This document shows, in pieces, positions 29,778 through 40,161 of a DNA stretch of 52,487 bases. Under the pieces are notes generated by a model. That model ran no database searches. It worked only from the letters and a program-made list of their open reading frames with translations, and had not been told where the DNA came from. Positions within the stretch are counted from its first letter, which is position 1. Every line of letters begins with the position of its first letter. The stretch is from positions 1 through 52,487 of the IMG/VR virus record IMGVR_UViG_3300035670_000291; one strand, 5' to 3'. This stretch comes from a virus. Its lineage: Duplodnaviria > Caudoviricetes. Position numbers and translations under genes: made by a program.

Positions 29778-30863
29778 TTATACTATTTCAAAAATGTACT
29801 TTTCATCAATTATAGTAGAAATTCCACTTTCAACTACTTTTAGTTTCAATTTATATGTTCTATTAATAGGAAGTGTTGATAAATCCATTTTAAAATAATT
29901 ACCACTAGAATCGCAACTTAATTTTGTATAATCATCAAATGGAAATACAATATCACCAGTAACATAATCTTCTAATTGGTAATATGATGATGTAGGTAAA
30001 TACTTAACTTGATCGTATTCAAATGTTGTTCCAAATGATTTTAATGGATACGAATCTCTACCTTTTAATCTAATTTTTACAATAGTATCTTTTGGATATT
30101 TTGATTTCAAATTTGTAAAAATAATTTTATAATCATCATCCGACAAATATCCAGATACAGGAGATAAACTTGCAGTAACAAACGATACATCATCCCAAAC
30201 TATTTCTAATTTTGGTTCGAATATCGTATTAGTTTCTTTTGAGAAAAACTTTAAAACACCATAATCCGTAGTATTTTCTTCATTACTTAAACTATGGTGA
30301 ATTATAAATCCATTGTTGGGTATAGAACCACTTAACCACAATGATACTATTTCGGTAACATCCATTCTAACATCATCAGGTTCATAATTGTATGATTGAG
30401 ATGCTTCGGATGCGGTGTACCAAGTACCACCAGCCGCAGTATATGATCCAGTAGTACCTACTGCAAATGTTGCACCAGATCCACTAACCACATCTTGCCA
30501 TTTTGAAATTCCATCTCTATAATTCCAACTTACACCATCGGATGTTATTTTATCAAATTTTGTACCAGTTCCCATAGACCAACTTTGAGAAACGGCATTT
30601 GCGTATATAGTATATTCTATTGGTATTTCCTCTGATTGGAACGATTTTAAATTCAAATATGCTTTCCAATTCTGAGATATACCATTTTGTGAAAAAGATT
30701 CGGAAACATCTGATAAATTAAATTTTATTAATGCTCTATAAATATCTTTTATACTACCATAGTAAAGTTTTCCAACTTCAATTACTTCATCCCTTCCCGT
30801 ATTTTGATCAGGTTGCTGTAGATATACACTTGCATCGTATATTGATGTAAAAAATTTATGCAT
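29778..30863 (-). CDS. Virion protein with a DNRLRE-type beta-sandwich domain
   Basis: DASVY..QPDQNTG, RALIKFNLS, MDVTEIVSLWLSGSIPNNGFII, FFSKE...PKLEI. Confidence 0.65.
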   Translation of the reverse strand: MHKFFTSIYDASVYLQQPDQNTGRDEVIEVGKLYYGSIKDIYRALIKFNLSDVSESFSQNGISQNWKAYLNLKSFQSEEIPIEYTIYANAVSQSWSMGTGTKFDKITSDGVSWNYRDGISKWQDVVSGSGATFAVGTTGSYTAAGGTWYTASEASQSYNYEPDDVRMDVTEIVSLWLSGSIPNNGFIIHHSLSNEENTTDYGVLKFFSKETNTIFEPKLEIVWDDVSFVTASLSPVSGYLSDDDYKIIFTNLKSKYPKDTIVKIRLKGRDSYPLKSFGTTFEYDQVKYLPTSSYYQLEDYVTGDIVFPFDDYTKLSCDSSGNYFKMDLSTLPINRTYKLKLKVVESGISTIIDEKYIFEIV

Positions 30864-32881
30864 TATAATGCCCTCCCTTTAATATCTTTGTTAGGAAATT
30901 TAACTTCAAAAACACATGGATCTAATGATGGATAAACTATTTTACCCTTCGTTGCTTCATCTACATTGTAACGATTTGTTGAATATGGTTCACCACATAA
31001 ATTATAAACTTTAACCATTGGAACACTTACAACACCTTCTACATTTGCCAAAACTAACTCAATTTCGGATATGTTTATGGTTTTATTGAAAGTCCATCTA
31101 TCTATATTGAAATAGTCTTGAAGTTCAGTAACACATGCGGTCAATACTTCTCTTTTATTATAGTTTGAATAACATATTATTTCAAAATCAATTCCTATAT
31201 TAACTATATAACCATTTAATATATTGACAGTATCAGTAAGTACTCTATATTCTGCTAAATATGTTTTTAAATTTTGCTTAACTGCCTGATTTAAATTTGT
31301 TAATTTTTTATTTGAATCAAATCCCAAAACATACATATTAACTGCACCAGGATTGTTTACTTCACTTACATCATTAGTATTTAAATTTAAATACCTCCTT
31401 AATTCGGTTTGTATTTCTACATTTGATTTATTTTTTAAACCCTGAACTAAATTTGTAAATTCTGTTAATTTTTTAGGATTTGATAAAATTGATGATGGTG
31501 AATTAGTATCCGCCTCACCATCTGGAGAAACCCAAACCTTTGCTATACTACCATATTTTTCAGGCATACTCAATGCACGAACCATATAGTCTTGTCTGGT
31601 TACCGCTCTATTTTGTGAACCAAAAATACCTAAAGCATTTTGTCTTATTTCTTCAATACTTTCGGCACCTCTACCACCCGTTGCTGCTTCTATATTTTCT
31701 ATTGCTACGGTTGATTTGGTATCATCATATATTGGTAATAAATCATCGGTTAAAGAAAGTAAATCTTCATTATATTCTACATTTATTATAGTAGTTAAAT
31801 CGCCTGTATTTACATTCGATTCTATACCACCACCTACCAGATATTTGATATTCAATGTTTTTGAAACAGGTGCTACTCCAAATGTATTAGTTTTTAAAAA
31901 ATTAGAAGGATCTATTCCTGTATTTAATCTTGATATTGAATTAGATAATCCAAGTCCTATATTTTTTGAATTTGGTAATATAATTTCATCATTTAAATTA
32001 GTATCTCCTGGTCCAAACTGAATAGTGTGAGTGTTATCAGAATTCACTCTAACAGAAAATCTTCTTGGAACTTTTCTAACTTCCAAAATATATGGTACCG
32101 AATCAACAAATTGATTTAGTCCTGTGTTAACTTCCGTATTTGGAACTTCTGAAAATATGGTTTCTTGTGCTAAATAAGGAACTTCATACCATGTATTATT
32201 ATCTTCATCTGTTATGGAAGATATTGAAATTATATTTGTATCACCTAAAATGGCAGTTGGGTAATCCGTAGATGTATCAAATGAAATGGAAGTTTCTAAT
32301 TCTGTAGCAGATATTCCTTTTACATATTTGGTTATTAAATACCTACTGGGTTCTCCTGTTATAGCATCTCTTTCATAAACTTCTATTTCCCTATCGGTAG
32401 AATTACTAAAGTCAACCTCATCCAAAGTTCTAAAAATAATATCAGAATTTGAAGTCGACTGTATTTCCATACCATCTTTTATTCTTAAATAAAATCTAGA
32501 ATCAGGCCTGTTATTTGATCCCGTTCCTATTGCAGGTACCAATTGATAAACTTTAAAAGTTGTAACAGCAGGAGCGGATACTTTTGGTTTATATCCCATC
32601 GTCTGTGCAATTGCTATGACATTTTTTCTCTCCGTTGCATAATACAACATTGATTCTTTAAGTTGTGTATCTTGATAAAAGGATAATAAGTCACCCAATA
32701 CCGCTGCCTGTTCTATAAAAACCATACCAGGCGAAGCTTCATTAAAGTCCGAATAGGTTGATGGAAAATATGTTTTGGTAAAATCAATAAGAGCCTCTTT
32801 TAAAGAAGCAAAATCTTTATTTAAATAATTAAAATTTTTATTATCATTTCCCCAAACTTTATTTATAGGTCTTATAGCCAT
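30863..32881 (-). CDS. Baseplate wedge subunit (T4 gp6 / baseplate J-like)
   Basis: DFASLKEALI, ATERKNV...MGYKP, ATGGRGAESIEEIR, QNRAVTRQDY. Confidence 0.88.
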   Translation of the reverse strand: MAIRPINKVWGNDNKNFNYLNKDFASLKEALIDFTKTYFPSTYSDFNEASPGMVFIEQAAVLGDLLSFYQDTQLKESMLYYATERKNVIAIAQTMGYKPKVSAPAVTTFKVYQLVPAIGTGSNNRPDSRFYLRIKDGMEIQSTSNSDIIFRTLDEVDFSNSTDREIEVYERDAITGEPSRYLITKYVKGISATELETSISFDTSTDYPTAILGDTNIISISSITDEDNNTWYEVPYLAQETIFSEVPNTEVNTGLNQFVDSVPYILEVRKVPRRFSVRVNSDNTHTIQFGPGDTNLNDEIILPNSKNIGLGLSNSISRLNTGIDPSNFLKTNTFGVAPVSKTLNIKYLVGGGIESNVNTGDLTTIINVEYNEDLLSLTDDLLPIYDDTKSTVAIENIEAATGGRGAESIEEIRQNALGIFGSQNRAVTRQDYMVRALSMPEKYGSIAKVWVSPDGEADTNSPSSILSNPKKLTEFTNLVQGLKNKSNVEIQTELRRYLNLNTNDVSEVNNPGAVNMYVLGFDSNKKLTNLNQAVKQNLKTYLAEYRVLTDTVNILNGYIVNIGIDFEIICYSNYNKREVLTACVTELQDYFNIDRWTFNKTINISEIELVLANVEGVVSVPMVKVYNLCGEPYSTNRYNVDEATKGKIVYPSLDPCVFEVKFPNKDIKGRAL

Positions 32882-32896
32882 TTATAAATTTTATTT

Positions 32897-33334
32897 TTAT
32901 TGTTCTATTAAAATAGTAACTGAATCTCCAAAATTTGAATTTATTTTTAAAGAAAATACAATTTGTAAAAATATACTATGGTTATCTATATCGGTTTCAT
33001 CATAATCAAATAGAATTTGATCTATGTTTAAATATGGCAACCATATGTTTACTGCTTCAACTATTGTTCTTTCTATATCCAATTCTAATGTATCGGTGGT
33101 GATTTGTTCAAAAATTAACCTCCATATATCACATCCAAATTCGGGTTGCATTGTTCGTTCCCCCTTTCTGGTCATTATTAGATTTACAAGATTATCTTTT
33201 GCTTGCGATAAGGTAGTGTAGTTTACAGAAAAAATACCATTAGAATCGGATTGTTTATTTATTCCAATTCCTAAAACTTTATCTTTATTAACAGATAAAT
33301 CTTGCGTATTAAATCTACCTAATTCGTATGCCAT
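32897..33334 (-). CDS. Baseplate wedge / sheath initiator (gp25/GPW family)
   Basis: NLVNLIMTRKGERTMQPEFGCDIWRLIFE...IWLPY. Confidence 0.9.
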   Translation of the reverse strand: MAYELGRFNTQDLSVNKDKVLGIGINKQSDSNGIFSVNYTTLSQAKDNLVNLIMTRKGERTMQPEFGCDIWRLIFEQITTDTLELDIERTIVEAVNIWLPYLNIDQILFDYDETDIDNHSIFLQIVFSLKINSNFGDSVTILIEQ

Positions 33335-33335
33335 T

Positions 33336-33839
33336 TTATCTTAACCCCTTTTCTTTTTCTTGTTTTGTAAATACTTTTGTTAAAGAACTATAATCTCTAG
33401 TCAATGCTTTATTTAGTGCATCTAAACCTGCATTTCCTGTTGATGGAATACTTTCTTGTACTGATTGATTTCTATAATCCATTGTATCCCACTCATCTTC
33501 TTGATATCTCTGCGGTTGAATAGCATCTAAAATACTACCCTCATTTACCATTCCACCTTCAACCCTTTCCGAAGCACTAAATGGTTTGGTCATATTCAAA
33601 ATCTCATTTATCATTGGGTCTTTTGAAAATTCTTTTTGTTGTGTTTTTACTACCGATTGTTTTTTAGAAGCATTACTATTTACTTCTGTTAATTTTACCA
33701 AAGATGGTGTAGTTTTCTTTTGTGAGTTTAATGTAACTGCACCAGATTTTACAAGTTTAATTAATTCTTCTTTAACTTGTTGTTTTACTTCATTTTTGAC
33801 AATCTCCTTAATAAGAGATACTATCACATCCGATTTCAT
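33336..33839 (-). CDS. Hypothetical late protein rich in I/V/L-x-E motifs
   Basis: IKEIVKNEVKQQVKEE, LTE, INE, VNE; ATATTTAT at 33853-33860. Confidence 0.6.
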   Translation of the reverse strand: MKSDVIVSLIKEIVKNEVKQQVKEELIKLVKSGAVTLNSQKKTTPSLVKLTEVNSNASKKQSVVKTQQKEFSKDPMINEILNMTKPFSASERVEGGMVNEGSILDAIQPQRYQEDEWDTMDYRNQSVQESIPSTGNAGLDALNKALTRDYSSLTKVFTKQEKEKGLR

Positions 33840-33880
33840 AAAATTCTTTTTAATAAATATCTAAAGAAAAAATTTACTAT

Positions 33881-34423
33881 TTATACTTTATATCCAACCC
33901 ATGGAACAACTCCTGGACCAGGAGTATTTGGTGGATATATTGCGGTAACAAAAAATTGACCGGATACGGTCATCAAATGTGCCATCGCCGCAGCTTTAAA
34001 TGCTTTTATAAATATCTTACTATCCGTATTAGGTTTGACAGGTATGGGTGACCATGTTCCTGGATTTGTAACCAAACCCTGTGTTGTTATTAAATTTTTG
34101 ACAGCACCTGGAGCAGGTATTTTTGGTGGAGGAACCAATTGCATTGTAGCACCTGTCCAATACATTATTATAGCAGGTCCTATTGTATCCAATAATGTAG
34201 TTGCGGTTGAAGGTTGTACAGATTTTAATTTAGCCTTCAACACATTCTCCATACCAGCTTTATTCGGTTTTAAAACTTTAATACCACTTATTAAATCTCC
34301 ACCCGATAATATAGCAAAATGATAATTGTTTGTAAATTGTTTTGCCCAACCATCCATATCCTTACCATATGAGTGATTTGACATCAACTGTTCCATTGTA
34401 GATTCAAATGAATTCCAAGGCAT
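33881..34423 (-). CDS. Hypothetical baseplate-associated protein
   Basis: Pro/Gly-rich 180 aa directly after the spike gene. Confidence 0.55.
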   Translation of the reverse strand: MPWNSFESTMEQLMSNHSYGKDMDGWAKQFTNNYHFAILSGGDLISGIKVLKPNKAGMENVLKAKLKSVQPSTATTLLDTIGPAIIMYWTGATMQLVPPPKIPAPGAVKNLITTQGLVTNPGTWSPIPVKPNTDSKIFIKAFKAAAMAHLMTVSGQFFVTAIYPPNTPGPGVVPWVGYKV

Positions 34424-34424
34424 T

Positions 34425-35651
34425 TTATTTCTTTTTACTTAAAAAGTTAGATTCTGCTAAAATAACTTTAAGTTTATTTTTAATTGCTATAAATTTAGGT
34501 TTATTTAGTGGACCTGCATCGGTAGGGGTGGGTCCAGATGGAGTTGGATACCATTGTTTGTTTATTTCATCTATTAAATCTGAAAGTATTTTAACCAATT
34601 CACCACCCAATACCATTGGTTGAACTGGATCACCATCTTTACCTGGTTTATCATTTTTTCCTAAATAAACTTCACCACCATCTGATTTTAAAAATATCTG
34701 TTTACCCTTTCCACCACAGTGTAAAATTACATTACTTTTATTAGCGAATACATAAACATCGTTCATTGCATCTACCGAAAATCTACCACCACTAAATACA
34801 CTAACCTGTTTCTGTCCAAATACTAAAAATTCATTCACCCTTGCTGATAATAATATCCTATCGGAATTTACATACAATTGATTACCGTTTAAATCAGAAT
34901 CTTTTGGATAGTCTATCTTCTTTTTACCTTTCTCATCCAAACTATATGCTTTCTTTTCATTAAAAGCTTTTTTTAAATTTGAATTTTGTTGTGTTATGTT
35001 GTATGGTATTTTTACTTTATTTGAAGTAATATAAATAGATGTACCATCTTTATTAAAATCTTCATCAATTAGTGTAGATATCGGTTTACTATCTTGCTCT
35101 TTATTTTGTAAGGTTCGTATGAATATAGAAGGAGAAGATGTTTTATTATCATCTGTTAGAAAAATATCCGAAAATCTTATAGTATTTCCATTTCTACCGG
35201 ATATTAATGTATCCCCCTGCCTAGGTTTTAAGAATTTTATTTTTTCGTTTACTTTATATTCACCTTTTGTTGGACTGGGTGCTTCAACGCCTGTGCCCGA
35301 TATTTTTGATTGATCAAAAACTATCGCACTTCTTCTGTAATTTGGATACGGAGTAGCGGAATATGGTAACCAATATGTATTGTTTTCTATTTTTAGAATT
35401 ACTACCGTTTCACCCTTTATAGGAAATGTTATGTTGTTTTTATCAAATGGAAATGCGTAATCATCGATTGGTATTCCTGATTCAAATTTATAAGTAATAG
35501 CGCCATAAAATCTACCATCAGCTGATGAAAATGCTTTATTACTATTATATACTGCAGTTCTATCCGCAGCTACATTTCTTGCCAACATGGTATCTTTGGA
35601 TCCAAATACTTTATCTACAGTTGCATAAAATGCTTGCACTAAATTGGCCAT
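34425..35651 (-). CDS. Baseplate hub / central spike (gp5/gpV-like)
   Basis: FPIKGETV, GDTLISGRNGNTIRF, beta-repeat region, QPMVLG...PTPSGPT C-terminus. Confidence 0.65.
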   Translation of the reverse strand: MANLVQAFYATVDKVFGSKDTMLARNVAADRTAVYNSNKAFSSADGRFYGAITYKFESGIPIDDYAFPFDKNNITFPIKGETVVILKIENNTYWLPYSATPYPNYRRSAIVFDQSKISGTGVEAPSPTKGEYKVNEKIKFLKPRQGDTLISGRNGNTIRFSDIFLTDDNKTSSPSIFIRTLQNKEQDSKPISTLIDEDFNKDGTSIYITSNKVKIPYNITQQNSNLKKAFNEKKAYSLDEKGKKKIDYPKDSDLNGNQLYVNSDRILLSARVNEFLVFGQKQVSVFSGGRFSVDAMNDVYVFANKSNVILHCGGKGKQIFLKSDGGEVYLGKNDKPGKDGDPVQPMVLGGELVKILSDLIDEINKQWYPTPSGPTPTDAGPLNKPKFIAIKNKLKVILAESNFLSKKK

Positions 35652-36055
35652 TACAATTTATTTTTTATATCTTCAATATCCAACTGAATATCAACAAGCT
35701 TCTCTTTGTTTTTTTCTTCAACCTGCGTTATGGTATCTTCCATCTCCTGAAGCAATTGGGCCTTCTCCTGTTCACTTAACCAACCATCTTCACCAATACC
35801 TTTAGCTTCCGCAGATGCTAACCTCTGCGCAATCGTAGCAAGTTTGATGAGATGATCATCGTTCTTAACAGAAACCTCAATAAGGTCTTTTATAATGGGA
35901 GCGATGACGGTAGCTTCACCGACATTCTTAATTAGTTTACGCAACGATTCAATTAAATCCGAAATGTTTTTCTTTTTATTTAATTGATTTTCGTATATAT
36001 CTTTGAAAAGGGATGATAAGTTTTTACCATCAAATAACTTAAATTCTGCACTCAT
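35651..36055 (-). CDS. Hypothetical helical protein
   Basis: 134 aa; stop overlaps the next start. Confidence 0.65.
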   Translation of the reverse strand: MSAEFKLFDGKNLSSLFKDIYENQLNKKKNISDLIESLRKLIKNVGEATVIAPIIKDLIEVSVKNDDHLIKLATIAQRLASAEAKGIGEDGWLSEQEKAQLLQEMEDTITQVEEKNKEKLVDIQLDIEDIKNKL

Positions 36056-36098
36056 AAATTATAATTTAGATACTAATAATTATTGAGTATAAAAATAA

Positions 36099-36788
36099 TT
36101 ATATTTTAATATCACCTGTATCCATAAATTCGTTATAAAGTTCCATTTGTTTTCCTTTCATTTTGTTTAGAACCTTTGTTATATAATGAGTTGGATGTCC
36201 TGTCATTTCTCTAATGAGTAAGTATAGAGATTTTTTATTAAAACTTTCTATAAATTCTGCTCTTCTAAATAATTCCAAAACGGCATCTGCAATTTGCATA
36301 TCTCTACGTTTTGGAAAATAATTTTCAAGATGAATATCCCAATAGCACAACATTCTTTTGTTAAATGTTTTATATTCATCATTAAACGTTTCTTCTTTGA
36401 AGTTATTTTCCGTATCCCAATTTTCGGGCATATTGGACATTACATCCGTATCTTTATATCTTTTGTAATTTGAATTATTATTGAGTATTAAATAATTCCT
36501 TGCAACAATAGTAAAGTAAGAAAATGCTTTGCCTTTACCTTCTTGATACATATGAATTTTCTCAATCATAAATGTTACAACTTCCGCCATTACATCTTGT
36601 GGGTCATCATCAAAATAAGTAAACTTCCATTTGTTATAAACTATTTCTGCTAGTTTTTCAAATGATTTTTGAATATGATCTTTATAAATCTTATCTCTAA
36701 CTAATTTGTTTTCCGTTTTGTTATATAGGATTATAGCATCCTCTGTTTCTTTTGTAAAATACTGTCTATTTGATTTTTTTCTCGGCAT
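36099..36788 (-). CDS. Phage sigma factor (T4 gp55-like, probably late)
   Basis: QYFTKETEDAIILYN and GKAFSYFTIVARNYLI resemble sigma region 2 of the gp55 family; probable start MPRKK at 36788. Confidence 0.65.
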   Translation of the reverse strand: MPRKKSNRQYFTKETEDAIILYNKTENKLVRDKIYKDHIQKSFEKLAEIVYNKWKFTYFDDDPQDVMAEVVTFMIEKIHMYQEGKGKAFSYFTIVARNYLILNNNSNYKRYKDTDVMSNMPENWDTENNFKEETFNDEYKTFNKRMLCYWDIHLENYFPKRRDMQIADAVLELFRRAEFIESFNKKSLYLLIREMTGHPTHYITKVLNKMKGKQMELYNEFMDTGDIKI

Positions 36789-37053
36789 ATTCTTTGAATT
36801 GTTTGAAACGTTCAATAGTTTCTTTTATTTGATAAAATATAGAACCTACATCATCGTCCTTCTCAAACATTTGGCGATTATCTATCTGCCTTAATGCCTC
36901 CAGTAATGATTGATTTTTTAATTCTTCTTGTTCTAAGAAGTTTTCATATTCTTCATTTGCATCTACAACTTTTTCTAATTTAATTAATAAGTTAATAGTT
37001 GCAAATAAAGAAATGAAAAGTAAAATTGATAAAGATATTATTATTGTAATCAT
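36766..37053 (-). CDS. Small membrane-anchored coiled-coil protein
   Basis: N-terminal hydrophobic helix of ~22 aa followed by a charged helix. Confidence 0.65.
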   Translation of the reverse strand: MITIIISLSILLFISLFATINLLIKLEKVVDANEEYENFLEQEELKNQSLLEALRQIDNRQMFEKDDDVGSIFYQIKETIERFKQFKEYAEKKIK

Positions 37054-37055
37054 AA

Positions 37056-37685
37056 TTAAACTAATTCGTATCCTTTTAAATAGTATTCGTTTGCTTTTTT
37101 GTATTTAACTTCTACAAATTCACCATCTGGAGATTTCATAATAACTTTTTCATTTCTTCCAAAAGTTCTTTCTTTTTCAATAGTAGTAGAATAAACTCTA
37201 TCCAAAATAGTAATACCATCCAAATGATCAATCTCATGCTGAACTATAACGGTCATCATAGTTTCGGTAGATACCTGTTCTTTATCTCCATCCGAATTTA
37301 TTTCAAAAGTTAGTTCACCCAAATTATCGGTTTCAATTACAACTTTGCAAGGTCTAATTGTTTTTACAAAACTATCAATTGATTTTGGAATTGACAAACA
37401 TGCTTCATAAAATATAAACCCTTCTTTAGATTTTTCTTTTACCTTTGGGTTTAATAAAAATAATTCTCTATCTCTAAATTTAATTAGACATGCTCTTTTT
37501 TTAATTCCTAATTGAGTTGCAGAAATACCCAATCCAGGATATTCTAACATTCCTTGTTCTAAGGTTTTTCTCAATTCATCTGCTTCTTCTTGTGTAAATT
37601 CGCATCTTTCAACGGGAGTTTTAAGATATTCAAAAAACTCATTGTTGTCTAATCCGTTTGCTTTTTTGTTTTTAATTAATTTCAT
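37056..37685 (-). CDS. def: Peptide deformylase
   Basis: GLGISATQLG, EACLS, QHEIDHLDG. Confidence 0.93.
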   Translation of the reverse strand: MKLIKNKKANGLDNNEFFEYLKTPVERCEFTQEEADELRKTLEQGMLEYPGLGISATQLGIKKRACLIKFRDRELFLLNPKVKEKSKEGFIFYEACLSIPKSIDSFVKTIRPCKVVIETDNLGELTFEINSDGDKEQVSTETMMTVIVQHEIDHLDGITILDRVYSTTIEKERTFGRNEKVIMKSPDGEFVEVKYKKANEYYLKGYELV

Positions 37686-38623
37686 ATTTCGTAAGATTTA
37701 ACAGAAGGTAACCCACTATATTCACAGGTAACTTCTTTTATAAAAGGTATTATTGCTTTTTCTTTTGCTTTTGCTTCAACCATAACATATAAATCCAATT
37801 CGTATGTGTTGGGAAGGTTGTTAATATAATCGGAGTGTGCTTGGGGTTTTTCTTTTTTATTGTTTTCATGCAATGCTTTTGATTCCGAATAATGAACAAC
37901 CGGCACAATTCCTTTAGGCCAAGTTGTTACTGCTAATTTAACTGCCTGTTCTTCTGATAAATCACCTGTACAAAATTGATGGTGGTGATAATCAAAAACG
38001 ATTGGAATGCCAATTTTATTGTGTATATACATTAAATCTCTAACAGAGTACATAGATGCCTTATCATCATTTTCAACCGTAAGCCTCTTTTTAACCGATT
38101 CTGTCAACCTTTCAAAATTTGTACAGAATCTATCCATAGCTGCTATTTTATCCCCATATACCCCATTACAATGGATATTAATCTTATTGTATGGTGTTTG
38201 TGATAATCCCATAGCATCCATAATTCTACCATGAACCTCTAAATCTTTAATAGTATTTTCTACAACCGAATCTTTTGGAGAAACCAATACATTAAATGGT
38301 CCTGGATGGAAAGTTAATCGTTGATTATAGAATGTAGCCTTATCACCACATTTTTGTAAGATTTTATGAATTTCTTTCCAATCTTTTAATTGTTCAAATT
38401 CGTATTCGGTTGCCCACGGAAACATGTCCGAAGACATACGATAAAAATTAATACCATTTTGGTGATTCCAATCTATAATACGTTCTAAATCCGAAACATT
38501 TAGTAAAACCAAATCTGAAACATAATTTAGACCTTTTTGAGTAAAAGTTTTCTTAACCATACTTCTATTGGTTGTAACTTTTTTGCCCATACTCATATTA
38601 ATGCAAGCGTAACCTATATTCAT
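37682..38623 (-). CDS. uvsE: UV damage endonuclease UvsE/UvdE
   Basis: IGYACIN, FYRMSSDMFP, RLTFHPG, LTVENDD, FDYHHH, AHSDYI, MVEAKAKE. Confidence 0.95.
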   Translation of the reverse strand: MNIGYACINMSMGKKVTTNRSMVKKTFTQKGLNYVSDLVLLNVSDLERIIDWNHQNGINFYRMSSDMFPWATEYEFEQLKDWKEIHKILQKCGDKATFYNQRLTFHPGPFNVLVSPKDSVVENTIKDLEVHGRIMDAMGLSQTPYNKINIHCNGVYGDKIAAMDRFCTNFERLTESVKKRLTVENDDKASMYSVRDLMYIHNKIGIPIVFDYHHHQFCTGDLSEEQAVKLAVTTWPKGIVPVVHYSESKALHENNKKEKPQAHSDYINNLPNTYELDLYVMVEAKAKEKAIIPFIKEVTCEYSGLPSVKSYEI

Positions 38624-38627
38624 ATAT

Positions 38628-38659
38628 CAAATATAGTAAAAATAATTGTAAATACCAAA
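38628..38659 (-). promoter_or_regulatory. Bacteroidetes sigmaA-type promoter
   Basis: TTTG-N20-TATATTTG ending 4 nt before the uvsE ATG. Confidence 0.75.
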
Positions 38660-38661
38660 AA

Positions 38662-39900
38662 TTAGTAGGTTTTTACTAAATCGTTATTATTTTTATCTTG
38701 ATTTCCCTTTTTATAACGCAACCAATAATTAACGGCGTTCTGGTCATTTATCCATTTTGATTTATCAGACCAATCAAAATCAGGATTTGCGTAGTAAGGA
38801 ACTCTATTGCGTATTTCTCTAGCTCTTGCAGCTGATTTTGGTGCAAATTCATCAATCATACCATCACCATCCGTATCGTATCCATCTATATTACCATCAC
38901 CATCCAAATCTATTGGTATTCTAACATTTTCTTTAATAGGAGAGGCAACCGGTTCAATACTATCAACAGGAACTTCTATTGAAACGGGCACATCTATTCC
39001 CGATACAGGTATTTCAATAATTTCTTCAATTATTTCTTCTTCTTTTGGAATTTCTCCATAAACTTCATACGTTTTTGGAGATTTTCTAATAAATTTTGAA
39101 AAAAATGTTGATTTTTTTGGTTTTTTTTCAATGATTTCTTCTTCTTTCTTTTTCCCAATACCAATCAATCCATTGAAAGCTATAATTAATGCAACTGCCA
39201 ATGGATCAAACACAATTACTATCAAAAGTATGAAAAATTTAACTACCGTATTCAATTCAAACCCAAATGCTTCTGCTACAAAACGGAATCCACCAACTTC
39301 TTTTTCTAATTCTATATTATTGTTTTTAATTGCATTGATTGAATCTAAAGCAACGTTGTTTTCTTTAGATAATTCATCAATTCTTTGGGATATAGTTGCT
39401 ATTTCCTTATCTGCATTACGAATCATTTGCGATACTCTTGCGGTAGATTTATCTTTATCAATTTGTTTAGATAAATTTGCTTCCTGAGAGTTACGAATTT
39501 GTTGTAAATTGTTAATTTGTGTAGTAAAACGTGTAATTTCGTTCTCATTTTTGGTAATTCTTGTTTGATATACTGCAATATCTCTATCTACCTTTTGTAA
39601 TTCTAAATTTTGTTGCTGGAATGCATTTGACAAATATCCAAAAATACCAGCAGAGGTAATTAACATCAATACAATAACTGCGGATGTTAAATACCATTTG
39701 TTAAATCCTTTAATTTCATCCCATTTTTGTTTCAAATAAGTAGCAGCCACTAATTTAGCTAGTTCCAAAGAACTCGCCATTACCATAACCGCAACAGATG
39801 AACCACTAAACAAAACACCCAATCCTGTTACAGAGAAAAACGCAGCACAACCTGCGATAATAATTGCGGAAAATCCGACAAGAAATTTAAGCCAATTCAT
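38662..39900 (-). CDS. Multi-pass membrane protein with a long coiled coil and DxDxDG motifs
   Basis: Three N-terminal hydrophobic helices, ~110-aa coiled coil, a fourth helix (IVFDPLAVALII), then DLDGDGNIDGYDTDGDGMID. Confidence 0.75.
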   Translation of the reverse strand: MNWLKFLVGFSAIIIAGCAAFFSVTGLGVLFSGSSVAVMVMASSLELAKLVAATYLKQKWDEIKGFNKWYLTSAVIVLMLITSAGIFGYLSNAFQQQNLELQKVDRDIAVYQTRITKNENEITRFTTQINNLQQIRNSQEANLSKQIDKDKSTARVSQMIRNADKEIATISQRIDELSKENNVALDSINAIKNNNIELEKEVGGFRFVAEAFGFELNTVVKFFILLIVIVFDPLAVALIIAFNGLIGIGKKKEEEIIEKKPKKSTFFSKFIRKSPKTYEVYGEIPKEEEIIEEIIEIPVSGIDVPVSIEVPVDSIEPVASPIKENVRIPIDLDGDGNIDGYDTDGDGMIDEFAPKSAARAREIRNRVPYYANPDFDWSDKSKWINDQNAVNYWLRYKKGNQDKNNNDLVKTY

Positions 39901-39904
39901 ATTA

Positions 39905-40081
39905 TTAGTGATTTACGCTAACCAAATCCTCAATTCTTTCTACAATTTTTTTAGAATCATTAATTGTATTAACTATATCTCCATGAGATAGGATTTGGGA
40001 TCCGTTAGCTGCATTATCTAAAATGCGTAACTTTCCTTTGAGAGTATCTAATAATGTTAGTATTTTATCATTGTACATCAT
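39905..40081 (-). CDS. 58-aa hypothetical helical protein
   Basis: MMYNDKILTLLDTLKGKLRILDN...; fills the gap; ATATTTAT at 40089-40096. Confidence 0.65.
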   Translation of the reverse strand: MMYNDKILTLLDTLKGKLRILDNAANGSQILSHGDIVNTINDSKKIVERIEDLVSVNH

Positions 40082-40106
40082 AGTAGTAATAAATATATTT
40101 TTTATA

Positions 40107-40140
40107 AATAAAAAGGGGAGTAGTTTTTTTCTACTCCCCT
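40107..40140 (-). terminator. Intrinsic terminator after hsp20
   Basis: AGGGGAGTAG/CTACTCCCCT 10-bp stem (40114-40140) followed by a T-rich tract on minus. Confidence 0.85.
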
Positions 40141-40161
40141 AATTTACTAAAAATAACTGAA

